Shown: positions 15,881 through 25,362 of the stretch, one piece after another
Layout: each line of letters begins with the position of its first letter
Numbering within the stretch: the stretch's first letter is position 1
Assembly (NCBI GenBank): GCA_001790095.1
Contig: MGBH01000001.1
Span: forward strand, 1 to 32,000
Length of the DNA: 32,000 nucleotides
Source of the DNA: Candidatus Saccharimonadota bacterium
GTDB taxonomy: Bacteria > Patescibacteriota > Microgenomatia > UBA1406 > GWC2-37-13
Reading direction: 5' to 3'
Notes under the pieces: model-generated
The model's database searches: none
Told to the model about the DNA's origin: nothing
Seen by the model: only the letters and a program-made list of their open reading frames with translations
Program-made: the position numbers and the translations under genes

Positions 15881-17105
15881 GAGAAAGATCAAGAAAAGGG
15901 ATGGATGGTTTGGGTTTGACCTTTTTTTCCTGTATCTCTTCTTTATCAAACAAAGAAGTGCCAAAATCAATTTTTTTGGTCTCTATAAATGGATATATTT
16001 TTTTGACTTTATGTTCAAGATGAAGATTCTGAAAGAGACCTTGTTGAGTATTGGCGTCTTCCTTAAGATTGGTGATGGTACAGCCGGTTGTTCGGTAAAG
16101 CACATGGGGATGATAGATCTTGTTAAATGCCTTTTCCAGTTCGTTTCGGATCAGAAAAGGATATTGGGTCTGATTCTTTAATTTGATCTCTGTCGCATGA
16201 TATAAAAAAGATTGAGTTTTAAGGAACATGTGTACTTTTTCTACACGATAATTATATGTGCGGGCTTTTATGAAAGCATCTTCAATATGAGCAAGAAGGC
16301 GTGCCCATAAGATATCTTTGTCCATAGTCGGCGGATGAAAGGTCTGAGTTTTGGATATAGATTGGTATGTCGTTTTTTTCTCAAGATTAAGTTCATAGAT
16401 TTTCTTGCCTCGTAATTCTTGATAGATCTCAAAAAAAGGTTTTGAAAGGTGACTTTGTACAAACTCTTCAGACTGAGAAACAAAATCAAACGCGGTATGT
16501 ATACTTAATTTACGAAGATAGGCGGATGTTTGTTCACCAATGCCCCACACTTTTTGTATTGGTATTTTTTTGAGGAATGTTTCTATATTTTTGCCATCAA
16601 TCACAGTAAGTCCTGATGGCTTATGAAAATCTGAGGCTATTTTTGCAAGAGATTTTGTTACCGATATACCAAGAGATATGGTGATACCAAGGTTTGATTC
16701 AATCATGTTCTTAATCTTTCTCCCCATCTCTTCATATCCCATGTGGTGAGGGCTTCGCAGACCTTTCAGATCGAGGAATCCTTCATCTATTGAGTACTCT
16801 TCAACAGACGGGCTAAACTGTCTTAAGATTTCAAACAGACGATGGGAATAAAGACTATATAGCTCATAATCTGATCGGACAAATATACAATTAGGACACA
16901 TCTTCTTCATCTCAACAAAACGCATGCCACGTTTTATGCCATATTTTTTTGCTTCGTAGGAGATAGCTGTTGCAATACCTCTTTCTTGGCCGGTAACAAC
17001 GGGTTTTCCTTTAAGCCGGGGATCTACTGCTTGTGCAACTGACGCAAAAAAAGCATCTCCATCAACATGCAGTATAGTCTCAGGCCAGGATCTAATTTGA
17101 AACAT
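15867..17105 (-). CDS. dinB: Y-family DNA polymerase IV (DinB)
   Basis: ILHVDGDAFFASVAQ, YEAKKYGIKRGM, SIDEGFLDL and the ISLGISVTKSLAKIASD motifs. It starts 5 nt downstream of the lexA stop. The C-terminal tail ends in FLDLSLIST, which is possibly clamp-binding-like. Confidence 0.85.
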   Translation of the reverse strand: MFQIRSWPETILHVDGDAFFASVAQAVDPRLKGKPVVTGQERGIATAISYEAKKYGIKRGMRFVEMKKMCPNCIFVRSDYELYSLYSHRLFEILRQFSPSVEEYSIDEGFLDLKGLRSPHHMGYEEMGRKIKNMIESNLGITISLGISVTKSLAKIASDFHKPSGLTVIDGKNIETFLKKIPIQKVWGIGEQTSAYLRKLSIHTAFDFVSQSEEFVQSHLSKPFFEIYQELRGKKIYELNLEKKTTYQSISKTQTFHPPTMDKDILWARLLAHIEDAFIKARTYNYRVEKVHMFLKTQSFLYHATEIKLKNQTQYPFLIRNELEKAFNKIYHPHVLYRTTGCTITNLKEDANTQQGLFQNLHLEHKVKKIYPFIETKKIDFGTSLFDKEEIQEKKVKPKPSIPFLDLSLIST

Positions 17106-17110
17106 GTTGA

Positions 17111-17683
17111 CTAGTTAAATTTTCTGACGACAGCTTTTACTATTCCGAATATTTGTAATTCTTCTTTCGGATAAAAAGACGGATATTTAGGATTGGCGGC
17201 TGATAAGTAATTTAGCCTTTGGATACGGTCTTTTCGAAGTATTTTAAGCGTCCACTCTTTGTCAATCTGGGCAAGTACTACAGAACCTATACGGGCTTCT
17301 TTTTTGCGTTCAATAATGACGATATCTCCTTCAAAAATACCTATACCTTCAAGAGAGTCTCCATTTACTTTTAATAAAAAAGAGGATTGAGGATCTTCAA
17401 TGAGATAGTCATCAAGCGATACATAGTCGCGGTTCTCTTCAGCAAGAATAGGGAAACCGGCTCGAATACTGCCCAAAAGAGGAATGGCAAAAAAGCGTGA
17501 AGTAGGAGCAAACTTACCACCTGTTTTTTTTATAAGTCCTTCTTCAACCCATTTAGAGACGATTTTAAAAATGGCATTTTTTGATGCAATGCCAAAGAGC
17601 TTGAGCATCTCAGAGTAGGAGGGTAGCCGTTTGTGCTGACGATAAAATTTTTTGATTGATCCGAGGCGATCTATTTCTCCCAT
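17111..17683 (-). CDS. lexA: LexA repressor (HTH plus S24 self-cleaving peptidase domain)
   Basis: N-terminal winged-HTH region (LPSYSEMLKLFGIASKNAIFKIV). Ala-Gly cleavage site in LLGSIRAGFPI. Catalytic Ser in VNGDSLEG and Lys in EWTLKIL. Overall collinear with Bacillus LexA as I recall it. Confidence 0.8.
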   Translation of the reverse strand: MGEIDRLGSIKKFYRQHKRLPSYSEMLKLFGIASKNAIFKIVSKWVEEGLIKKTGGKFAPTSRFFAIPLLGSIRAGFPILAEENRDYVSLDDYLIEDPQSSFLLKVNGDSLEGIGIFEGDIVIIERKKEARIGSVVLAQIDKEWTLKILRKDRIQRLNYLSAANPKYPSFYPKEELQIFGIVKAVVRKFN

Positions 17684-17709
17684 AACAATATATTTAATTT
17701 GTATTGTTT

Positions 17710-17735
17710 GTCATTCCTGCCTGCGCGGGGATGAC
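17710..17735. repeat. GC-rich palindromic hairpin in the lexA 5' leader
   Basis: GTCATTCCTGC-CTGC-GCGGGGATGAC: an 11-bp stem on the plus strand (two G-T pairs there; these are C-A mismatches in the minus-strand lexA transcript) with a 4-nt loop. There is no adjacent T-tract on either strand. It is a GC island in an AT-rich spacer. Confidence 0.6.
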
Positions 17736-17742
17736 TCTGAAT

Positions 17743-17754
17743 GAACGTATGTTC
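17743..17754 (-). promoter_or_regulatory. SOS box 1 (Cheo-type GAAC-N4-GTTC), perfect
   Basis: GAACGTATGTTC on the plus strand, which is GAACATACGTTC on the minus strand. It lies immediately downstream of the -10 hexamer and overlaps the predicted transcription start of lexA. Confidence 0.75.
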
Positions 17755-17757
17755 ACC

Positions 17758-17787
17758 AGTATAGTAAACAATTGTTCACTTTGTCAA
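17758..17787 (-). promoter_or_regulatory. lexA-dinB promoter
   Basis: Minus strand: TTGACA (17782-17787), 18-nt spacer, TATACT (17758-17763). Confidence 0.65.
17766..17777 (-). promoter_or_regulatory. SOS box 2 (GAAC-N4-GTTT), one mismatch
   Basis: The minus strand reads GAACAATTGTTT. It is located inside the -35/-10 spacer of the lexA promoter. Confidence 0.6.
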
Positions 17788-17829
17788 GGCCAAATTAATC
17801 ATATTGGAGATAGGCCCCAAGTCAACTTA

Positions 17830-18480
17830 TTATTTATACCATTCTTGTTTTGGAGATATGTTACCGTTCACAATAAGAAGATACTGAGCTAGACCATGTT
17901 GAATGAAGCCCGAATTGACGAAACGATGAGAGAGATCGAACTCTGCAAAATGGGTATGACCAAATATGAAGAACTCAGATTTTCCCTCAATAAACTTTTT
18001 AAGCTTATTATTAAGTGCAAAACCCCAGATGCGTGTTGTTCCTCTGATGGAACGAGTTAAAACGCGCTCAACACTTGTATAAAAGGACGTTGTGTAGTAA
18101 AGCACTTGTTTTGACAGAGGGATTCGATCATCAATTGAAGGAAGAAGACGGTCTCCATGTTCAAACACAAACGTTTTACCACCGTTTTGCAGCACATATT
18201 TACGTGTTTGTACGATAGAGAAAAGTGACGTTTTTTTATCTGAAAAAGCTTTTCGGTCATGATTACCGTATATATAGATTGTGCGTTTTTTTTTCAAGAG
18301 GGGGAATAACTGGTTCCAGGGTGACTTAAGAAATGCATCAAAAGAAGTAAGATATCCGTCCCAAAAATCACCGTTGATAACTACCTGATCGACTTTTTCA
18401 ATCCTTTTTTTCAGGAAAAGATACTTTTCCTCTTCAAACACGCGCCCTAAATGTGTGTCTGAAAAGACAAGTGTTTTCAT
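17830..18480 (-). CDS. calcineurin-like metallophosphoesterase (LpxH-like fold)
   Basis: The ordered motifs SDTHLG, INGDFWD, YGNHD and FGHTH match the metallophosphoesterase signature. It starts 6 nt after the fusA stop. Confidence 0.7.
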   Translation of the reverse strand: MKTLVFSDTHLGRVFEEEKYLFLKKRIEKVDQVVINGDFWDGYLTSFDAFLKSPWNQLFPLLKKKRTIYIYGNHDRKAFSDKKTSLFSIVQTRKYVLQNGGKTFVFEHGDRLLPSIDDRIPLSKQVLYYTTSFYTSVERVLTRSIRGTTRIWGFALNNKLKKFIEGKSEFFIFGHTHFAEFDLSHRFVNSGFIQHGLAQYLLIVNGNISPKQEWYK

Positions 18481-18486
18481 GATGTT

Positions 18487-20580
18487 TTATTTTTGAGTTA
18501 AGCCTTTCAAGACATTGACCGGTACTTCTTCATAATGTGATGGCTCCATATATGAAATACCTCGTCCTTCAGTTAGTGACCGAAGAGCAGTTACATATCC
18601 TGATAACTCTGCAAGAGGAACATAGGCTTTTATTATAGTGGCGCGGCCTCTCTTATCAGTTCCCAGTATTTTTCCTCTTTTACTTGAGATATCGCCGATG
18701 ACAACACCCATAAAATTGTCAGGAACCGTCACTTCAAGCTTCATGATTGGTTCAAGAAGTGTTGGAGAAGCTTTTTTAGCTCCGTCCTGTAAAGCCATAG
18801 AAGCTGCAATTTTAAAGGCAATGTCTGAAGAGTCTACATCATGGTAGCTTCCATCAAAAAGCGTTGCTTGAAAGTCAACCATGGGAAAACCTAATATAAC
18901 GCCTTTTTCTTTCGCTTCAAGCAATCCTTTTTCAACAGAGGTTATGAATTCTTTTGGAATTGCGCCTCCCTTTACTTTATCGACGAATTTGAATCCAGAT
19001 CCGCGAGGAAGAGGTTCAAGATACATGACACAGTGTCCATATTGCCCGTGTCCACCTGTTTGTTTGATATATTTTCCCTCGGCTTCGACCTTTTTTGTAA
19101 TAGTTTCTTTATATGCAACCTGTGGTTTTCCAACGTTGACATCCATTCCCATTTCCCGTTTCATGCGGTCAACAAGGATCTCAAGATGGAGTTCTCCCAT
19201 ACCTGACATGATGGTCTGATTTGTTTCATGATTTACTTTTACTCTAAAGGTAGGATCTTCTTCAGCGAGGCGTTGCAGCGAATAAGAAAGCTTTTCTTGA
19301 TCTGCTTTTGTTTTTGGTTCAATAGCAAGAGAGATAACTGGTTCAGGAAAGACGATCTGTTCAAGAAGAATTGGTTTTTCTTGCTCTGCCATAGTATCTC
19401 CAGTCCTTAAGTCTTTGGGTCCAACAAGAGCGACGATTTCACCTGCATATGCTTTGTCTATTTCTTCTCTTTGATTAGCATGCATAAGAAGAATGCGACT
19501 GACACGTTCTTGTTTATCGCGGTTTATGTTATATATATATGATCCTGACTCAAGGGTACCTGAATAAATGCGAGTATAGGTAAGTTTCCCTACATGAGGG
19601 TCAAGTTGAATCTTAAAAGCAAGAGCAGAGAACCTTTCCTCAGGAGTAAGTTTGCGTACTTCTGGGCCTCCTGTTTTGGGATTGATGCCTTTTATCTCCT
19701 TTAAGTCAAGAGGGGACGGAAGATAATCAATGACAGCATCAAGTACGGGTTGTACTCCTTTGTTGCGAAGCGAACTTCCACAATAGGTTGGAACGACACG
19801 ATAGGCGATAGATGCTTTTCGAAGCGCGCTCTTCAAAGATTCACTTGAGATTTCTTCTCCATTTAAATATTTACCAAGCAAGACGTCATCAGTTTCAGCG
19901 ATTTGTTCGACCATCTTTGCTCTCATTGTCTGACATTTTGTCTTTAGATCTTCAGGTATCTCACTTGTTGAGTATTCTGTTCCTTGAGCGTCCTTATCCC
20001 AGACATAAGCTTTCATGATCATAAGGTCAATAACGCCCTTAAAGTCGTGTTCTTTGCCTATCGGATAGGTCATGATGATTGGGTGAGCGCCAAGACGATC
20101 TTTGATCTCTTCAACCGTTGCTTCAAAATCAGCTCCAAGCTTATCCATCTTATTGATGAAGCAGACACGCGGTATTTTATATTTATCTGCTTGTCTCCAT
20201 ACGGTTTCTGATTGGCTCTGTACTCCTTCTTCAGCGTCAAATACTACCACTCCACCATCAAGGACTCGAAGAGATCGTTCTACTTCAGCGGTGAAATCCA
20301 CGTGTCCAGGAGTGTCTATGATATTAATGCGCATCCCTTTCCAAAAAGTAGTGGTTGCAGCTGAGACGATAGTAATCCCGCGTTCTCTTTCCTGCGGCAT
20401 CCAGTCCATCTGTGTATTTCCGTCATCAATATCTCCTATTTTGTAGGAGCGGCCGGTATAAAAAAGAAAACGTTCGGTAGTGGTCGTTTTTCCCGAATCA
20501 ATATGAGCGATAACACCAATGTTTCTAATCTTATCCAAAGGAACATTTCTGTTTTTTGTGACAATGCTTTGCTGAGCCAT
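18487..20580 (-). CDS. fusA: translation elongation factor G
   Basis: 697 aa. G1 [10 protein letters not shown]3 DTPGHVDF, G4 NKMDK. EF-G domains II-V are collinear (for example GELHLEI and HDVDSS). Confidence 0.95.
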   Translation of the reverse strand: MAQQSIVTKNRNVPLDKIRNIGVIAHIDSGKTTTTERFLFYTGRSYKIGDIDDGNTQMDWMPQERERGITIVSAATTTFWKGMRINIIDTPGHVDFTAEVERSLRVLDGGVVVFDAEEGVQSQSETVWRQADKYKIPRVCFINKMDKLGADFEATVEEIKDRLGAHPIIMTYPIGKEHDFKGVIDLMIMKAYVWDKDAQGTEYSTSEIPEDLKTKCQTMRAKMVEQIAETDDVLLGKYLNGEEISSESLKSALRKASIAYRVVPTYCGSSLRNKGVQPVLDAVIDYLPSPLDLKEIKGINPKTGGPEVRKLTPEERFSALAFKIQLDPHVGKLTYTRIYSGTLESGSYIYNINRDKQERVSRILLMHANQREEIDKAYAGEIVALVGPKDLRTGDTMAEQEKPILLEQIVFPEPVISLAIEPKTKADQEKLSYSLQRLAEEDPTFRVKVNHETNQTIMSGMGELHLEILVDRMKREMGMDVNVGKPQVAYKETITKKVEAEGKYIKQTGGHGQYGHCVMYLEPLPRGSGFKFVDKVKGGAIPKEFITSVEKGLLEAKEKGVILGFPMVDFQATLFDGSYHDVDSSDIAFKIAASMALQDGAKKASPTLLEPIMKLEVTVPDNFMGVVIGDISSKRGKILGTDKRGRATIIKAYVPLAELSGYVTALRSLTEGRGISYMEPSHYEEVPVNVLKGLTQK

Positions 20581-20684
20581 AAAGAAGTCTAACGTGTAAC
20601 GTGTAACACATAACGCTTATCACACACATAACAGTTCCTTATGTGTATTTGACGTTATACGCTATACGTTTCGCGTTATGCGAT
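20581..20684 (-). repeat. structured rpsG-fusA spacer built from inverted arrays of 7-nt-phased repeats
   Basis: On the plus strand, TAAC occurs at 20590, 20597, 20604 and 20611, with TATC at 20618. CG-initiated heptads (CGTTATA, CGCTATA, CGTTTCG, CGTTATG) occur at 20653, 20660, 20667 and 20674. A central hairpin ACACATAA-CAGTTCC-TTATGTGT lies at 20624-20646. Long-range complementarity links 20609-20616 with 20673-20680. Confidence 0.6.
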
Positions 20685-21158
20685 TTACCACTTCAAATGT
20701 GCGAAGGCCTTATTGGCTTCTGCCAATTTTTCAGTCTGTGCTTTCTTTGCAATCGATGGTCCTTGATTTTGGGCAGCATCTTTAATTTCAGTATATAGCT
20801 TTTCTTCAAAGGAATGAAATTCTTTATTTGATTTTGCGCGTGCGTTAGTTACTATCCAGTTTAAACTCAAAAACAATTTACGTTCTTTTCTCACTTCAAT
20901 GGGAACAAGATATGATGCTCCTCCTAGACGCTTTGGTTTTACTTCATGGTTTGGTGAAACGTTTGAGATAGCTTGATTAAGAATCTTTATTGCATCCTGA
21001 CCTTCTTTCTTCAATCTTTCAAGAACTCCATAGACGATCTTTTCTGCAGTTGTTTTTTTTCCATCTCTTAAGATGAAATTAATAAGCTTTGCTACTTCGA
21101 AACTTCCATAGATTGGGTCGGGTTGTACAGTCAGTTTTTTATATTGATGGCGTGGCAT
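20685..21158 (-). CDS. rpsG: 30S ribosomal protein S7
   Basis: MPRHQYKKLTVQPDPIYGS...ISNVSPNHEVKPKRLGGASYLVPIEV...AHLKW. ATG 21158 gives the canonical 157-aa protein. The longer ORF-track start at 21281 would overlap rpsL. Confidence 0.9.
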   Translation of the reverse strand: MPRHQYKKLTVQPDPIYGSFEVAKLINFILRDGKKTTAEKIVYGVLERLKKEGQDAIKILNQAISNVSPNHEVKPKRLGGASYLVPIEVRKERKLFLSLNWIVTNARAKSNKEFHSFEEKLYTEIKDAAQNQGPSIAKKAQTEKLAEANKAFAHLKW

Positions 21159-21183
21159 AATAGATAATGTAATTAAATATGAT

Positions 21184-21615
21184 TTATGCTGTTGGTGCAG
21201 CTTTTGATTTTTCAAACTTTGCTCCATATTTTGAGCGTGACGTTTTTCTTCCCTGTACTCCTGAGGTGTCAAATTTACCACGGACGATATGATACTTTAC
21301 GCCTGGAAGATCTTTTACTCTTCCGCCGCGTACTAAGACGATTGAATGTTCTGCCAAGTTGTGTCCAACTCCTTGAATGTATGCAGTGACCTCCATCTTA
21401 TTCGAAAGACGTACTCTGGCAACTTTACGGAGTGCTGAATTTGGTTTTTTTGGTGTCATGGTGCGAACAACAGTGCATACGCCACGTTTAAGAGGATTTT
21501 GTGTTTCGACATAGCGCCTCTTAAGCGAGTTAAAGCTTGTTTTCATGGCAGCTGCTCTTGATTTCTTAATCCTTTTTTGTCTCTTCCTTTTCAGGAGTTG
21601 GTTGATTGTTGGCAT
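21184..21615 (-). CDS. rpsL: 30S ribosomal protein S12
   Basis: MPTINQLL...[17 protein letters not shown]...[30 protein letters not shown] is the canonical S12 sequence pattern. Confidence 0.95.
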   Translation of the reverse strand: MPTINQLLKRKRQKRIKKSRAAAMKTSFNSLKRRYVETQNPLKRGVCTVVRTMTPKKPNSALRKVARVRLSNKMEVTAYIQGVGHNLAEHSIVLVRGGRVKDLPGVKYHIVRGKFDTSGVQGRKTSRSKYGAKFEKSKAAPTA

Positions 21616-24600
21616 ATTTACTTAAAAATTTGCTGTAATATTTTTCAATAAGTTCTTTTGTAACAGGAATCAATCTGCCTATTATAACATTTTCTTTGAG
21701 GCCCAGCAAGTGATCTACTTGGTTTTTTATTGCCGCAGCGCTTAATACTGAAGTCGTCTGTTCAAATGAAGCACTAGACAACCATGAATCGGTATAAATA
21801 GCTGCTTTTGTTATACCAAGTATAGATATTTTACCTGTTGCTGGTTTTCCACCTTGAGTGATGATTTTTTTGTTCTCTTCCTCAAATCTAATCTTTGAGA
21901 CAACCTCATCTTTTATAAATGAAGTATCTCCTTCATCTTCAATAGTTACTTTATCACTCATTTTTCTAATGATGACCTCAAAATGCTTGTCATGAATTGG
22001 AATACCTTGGGACTCATAAACTCTTTGTACTTCATTAAGAAGGTACAGTTGAGCTGAACGAAGGCCTTTGATAATCAAAATATCATTGACGTTTAAGTAT
22101 CCTTCAGAAAGAGGTGCTCCTTTTGCAACAAGATCTCCATCTTTGATTTTTAGAGTTTGACTCATAGGAACGGTAAACTCCTGTTCTTTCTGTTCTTCAT
22201 CAGTTGAGGTTACTTTGACGACATAGATCTCTTTTTTAAGATCTTCCTGAATAGAAATTTTTCCATTAATCTCACTTATTGGAGAAACAATTTTTGGAGT
22301 ACGGGTTTCAAAGAGTTCTTCAACACGAGGGAGTCCTTGTGTAACGTCAGATATGACGATGCCACCAAAATGTCTGACTCTCATGGTAAGTTGTGTGCCT
22401 GGTTCACCAATTGATTGAGCCGCAATGACTCCGACTGGGACACCTACATCTACCACTTTACTTGTTGAGAGATCAATGCCATAACACTTTTGGCATACAC
22501 CGAATTTTGATTGACAATAGAGAGGCGATCTGACCGTAACCTTAGTAACATCGCTCTTTTCGATCATCTCAATTGCGGCTTCTGTAATAAGTTCATTTGC
22601 CTTTAAGATGACTTTCTTGTCATTTGAAACCACATCGTGAACAGTATATCTTCCCTTAATGCGTAATTTAAATTTATTTCCTCGATCATCCTTTGTTGAG
22701 ACAATAAGGCCTTCTCCTATATGACAGTCCTCTTCTCTTATGATCATGTCATGAGCCACATCTACTAGTCTACGGGTTAGATATCCTGCGTCAGCAGTTT
22801 TGAGAGCTGAGTCAGTTAAACCCTTGCGAGCGCCGCGAGCAGAGATGACATATTCAAAAATAGACAATCCTTCACGATAATTTGATTTGGTTGGGACCTC
22901 AATAATTTTGCCTAAAGGATCAACCACAAGTCCTTTCATAGCTGAAAGTTGCTTTAGTTGTTCTTTTGAAGCGCGAGCTCCTCCTGACTTAATGATTATC
23001 TTAACAGGATTTTCATCATCAAGGGCATTCCATGTTTTGTCAGCAAGATTCTCTGTTGTTTCAAGCCAAAGCTTATTAGTGTATCTTCTTTTTTCTTCAA
23101 TAGTAAGAAATCCCTGGTTATAATTCTTTTCAATTTTTTCTATCTCTTTTTCTGTTTTTTTAATGATTTCTGCTTTTTCGGGAATTATTTTACAGTCAAA
23201 AATAGATGAGGAGAGTCCACCTGCAACGGTTGCTCCCCAGAATCCGACTTCCTTTAATTGGTCGATAAGAGCGCCTGTTTTTTCATAATCACTATACAAT
23301 TTTGTCGCTTTAACAACGAGTTCTTTTACATCTGATGCTTTGATCTCTGCATTAATAAACCGTAATTCTTCAGGAAGATGTCTATTTACAATGATTCGAC
23401 CAACAGATGTTTTGATGATTTCATTATTAATCTTTACCAATACTGGTCGGCGGAGCATTATTTTCCCGAGTTCATACATATTTACTGCTTCATCTTCATT
23501 TGCAAAACACATAAGTTTTTCATCTTGTGTATCTTTATAAGAATTGTCAAAGGTCGTAAGATAGTAAATTCCTAAAGCCATTTCTTTATTTGGAAGCACG
23601 ATAGGTGTGCCATCGGCTGGCTTAAGGAGGTTTTGATGAGCCATCATTCGGGTCTTTACCTCATTGATAGCATTTTGAGATAAAGGAACAAATACACCCA
23701 TAGCGTCTCCATCAAAATCGGCATTATATCCAGCACATACTGCAGGATGAAGCTTGATGACATAGGAGTCAGTCAAGACGGGATAAAATCCTAGAATAGA
23801 TAGTTTATGCAATGTTGGAGCTCTGTTCAAAAGGACAGGGTGATTTTTTGTGATCTCTTCAAGAATGTCATAGATGACTGGTTCTTTTTGTTCGAGGAAA
23901 TTCTTTGCGCTTTTGATATTTGGAGCAAGTCCTCGAATGATGATTTCATGTAAAAGGTGGGGTTTAAAAAGTTCAAGAGCCATTTCTTTTGGAATGCCGC
24001 ATTGATTAATCTTAAGTTCAGGTCCAACCGATATGGTTGATCGACCAGAGTAGTCAACGCGTTTTCCAAGAAGATTTTGACGGAAACGTCCCTGTTTTCC
24101 TCGTAAAATATCAGATAATGATTTTTGTACTTTTGCAGTTGCTCCTTGAGAACGCGAACGTCCTCTTGATTTTTGAAGATCAAGAAGTGAATCCACCGCT
24201 TCTTGTAACATGCGTTTCTCATTTCTTAAAATGATTTCAGGAGCACCAAGATCAATAAGTTGTTTAAGACGATTATTGCGATTTATGACACGTCGATAAA
24301 AGTCATTTAAATCAGATGTCGCAAACTTTCCACCCGGCAATTGTACTACAGGTCGTAGATCAGGTGGGATAACGGGAAGTACCGTTAATATCATCCATAA
24401 AGGCTGCGTATTGCCTTTAAGAAAGGACTCAATGATGCGAGCTTTTTTAAGAAGCTTATTTCTTTTTTCTCCTTTTGCCTTGAGAAGTTCGTGTAATGAC
24501 TCTTCATAAATCTTTTTAAAATCAGTGGTTGATAGTAATTCATACAAAACCTCAGATCCCATGCCAACATCCACAAACGCTTCCAACTCTTTTTCTCTTA

Positions 24601-25357
24601 AAAAAAGATAGTCTTCCTCTTCAAGCACATCGTTTGGTTTGAGTGCTTTGACTGTCTTTATTACTCGATCCAGATATGCAGTTTTTTTCGCTTTTTCTTC
24701 TATATATTTGTCTGAAAGCATGAGGAATTTTTCACGTTCCTTTAGATCAAGTTCTTGAAAAGCGATCTCTTTTTGTTCCTTATGCGAGATTTTTTTATCA
24801 ATTTCTTCTCTCTGTTTGATAAATATTTCTTTAAGTTTCTGTTTTTCTTTTTCGTATTCTTCTTCAATAGTTGCAAGTTCTTTTTTATTCATGTCATCAA
24901 GCTGATGGACTGTTTTTTTCTGCTTTTCTTTATCGACAGACTTCACTAAATAGAGGGCATAATAGATGATCTTCTCCATAGATTGGGGAGGAACATCAAG
25001 TATGACACTGATAGGTGATGAAGAGCCTTTAAAATACCATATATGAGAAATGGGTGTCGCAAGTTTGATATGACCCATGCGCTCACGTCTTACTGCTGAT
25101 GTTGTGATTTCGACTCCACAACGATCACAAATTATCCCTTTGTATCGAATCCTTTTATATTTACCACAATAACATTCGTAGTCTTTGGTCGGTCCAAATA
25201 TGCGTTCATCAAATAATCCATCTTTTTCTGCACGAAATGTACGATAGTTAATTGTCTCTGGTTTGGTTACTTCTCCTTTTGACCACTTTAAGATGTCTTC
25301 GGGGGATGCTAGTCGGATGCGCAGTCCGCTAAAATCAATGACGTTGGGTTCTTCCAT
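21566..25357 (-). CDS. rpoC: DNA-directed RNA polymerase subunit beta prime
   Basis: 1263 aa. Zinc-binding [20 protein letters not shown], the active-site motif NADFDGD, and a trigger-loop/bridge-helix region collinear with bacterial RpoC. Confidence 0.95.
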   Translation of the reverse strand: MEEPNVIDFSGLRIRLASPEDILKWSKGEVTKPETINYRTFRAEKDGLFDERIFGPTKDYECYCGKYKRIRYKGIICDRCGVEITTSAVRRERMGHIKLATPISHIWYFKGSSSPISVILDVPPQSMEKIIYYALYLVKSVDKEKQKKTVHQLDDMNKKELATIEEEYEKEKQKLKEIFIKQREEIDKKISHKEQKEIAFQELDLKEREKFLMLSDKYIEEKAKKTAYLDRVIKTVKALKPNDVLEEEDYLFLREKELEAFVDVGMGSEVLYELLSTTDFKKIYEESLHELLKAKGEKRNKLLKKARIIESFLKGNTQPLWMILTVLPVIPPDLRPVVQLPGGKFATSDLNDFYRRVINRNNRLKQLIDLGAPEIILRNEKRMLQEAVDSLLDLQKSRGRSRSQGATAKVQKSLSDILRGKQGRFRQNLLGKRVDYSGRSTISVGPELKINQCGIPKEMALELFKPHLLHEIIIRGLAPNIKSAKNFLEQKEPVIYDILEEITKNHPVLLNRAPTLHKLSILGFYPVLTDSYVIKLHPAVCAGYNADFDGDAMGVFVPLSQNAINEVKTRMMAHQNLLKPADGTPIVLPNKEMALGIYYLTTFDNSYKDTQDEKLMCFANEDEAVNMYELGKIMLRRPVLVKINNEIIKTSVGRIIVNRHLPEELRFINAEIKASDVKELVVKATKLYSDYEKTGALIDQLKEVGFWGATVAGGLSSSIFDCKIIPEKAEIIKKTEKEIEKIEKNYNQGFLTIEEKRRYTNKLWLETTENLADKTWNALDDENPVKIIIKSGGARASKEQLKQLSAMKGLVVDPLGKIIEVPTKSNYREGLSIFEYVISARGARKGLTDSALKTADAGYLTRRLVDVAHDMIIREEDCHIGEGLIVSTKDDRGNKFKLRIKGRYTVHDVVSNDKKVILKANELITEAAIEMIEKSDVTKVTVRSPLYCQSKFGVCQKCYGIDLSTSKVVDVGVPVGVIAAQSIGEPGTQLTMRVRHFGGIVISDVTQGLPRVEELFETRTPKIVSPISEINGKISIQEDLKKEIYVVKVTSTDEEQKEQEFTVPMSQTLKIKDGDLVAKGAPLSEGYLNVNDILIIKGLRSAQLYLLNEVQRVYESQGIPIHDKHFEVIIRKMSDKVTIEDEGDTSFIKDEVVSKIRFEEENKKIITQGGKPATGKISILGITKAAIYTDSWLSSASFEQTTSVLSAAAIKNQVDHLLGLKENVIIGRLIPVTKELIEKYYSKFLSKYANNQPTPEKEETKKD

Positions 25358-25362
25358 ATGGA

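Noticed and set aside
15832-16023. 63-aa plus-strand ORF spanning the nth/dinB junction
   Set aside because: It overlaps both the nth 3' end and the dinB 3' end. I examined it as a possible frameshifted continuation of nth that would restore the Fe-S cysteines, but the Cys spacing does not fit.
17704-17892. 62-aa ORF (MFVIPACAGMT...)
   Set aside because: It is a translation of the GC-rich palindrome, the SOS boxes and the lexA promoter, and it runs into the antisense of the phosphoesterase gene. It is almost certainly non-coding.
21159-21281. Upstream extension of rpsG to 21281
   Set aside because: It would overlap rpsL by ~100 nt. The canonical S7 N-terminus (MPRHQYKK...) begins at ATG 21158.
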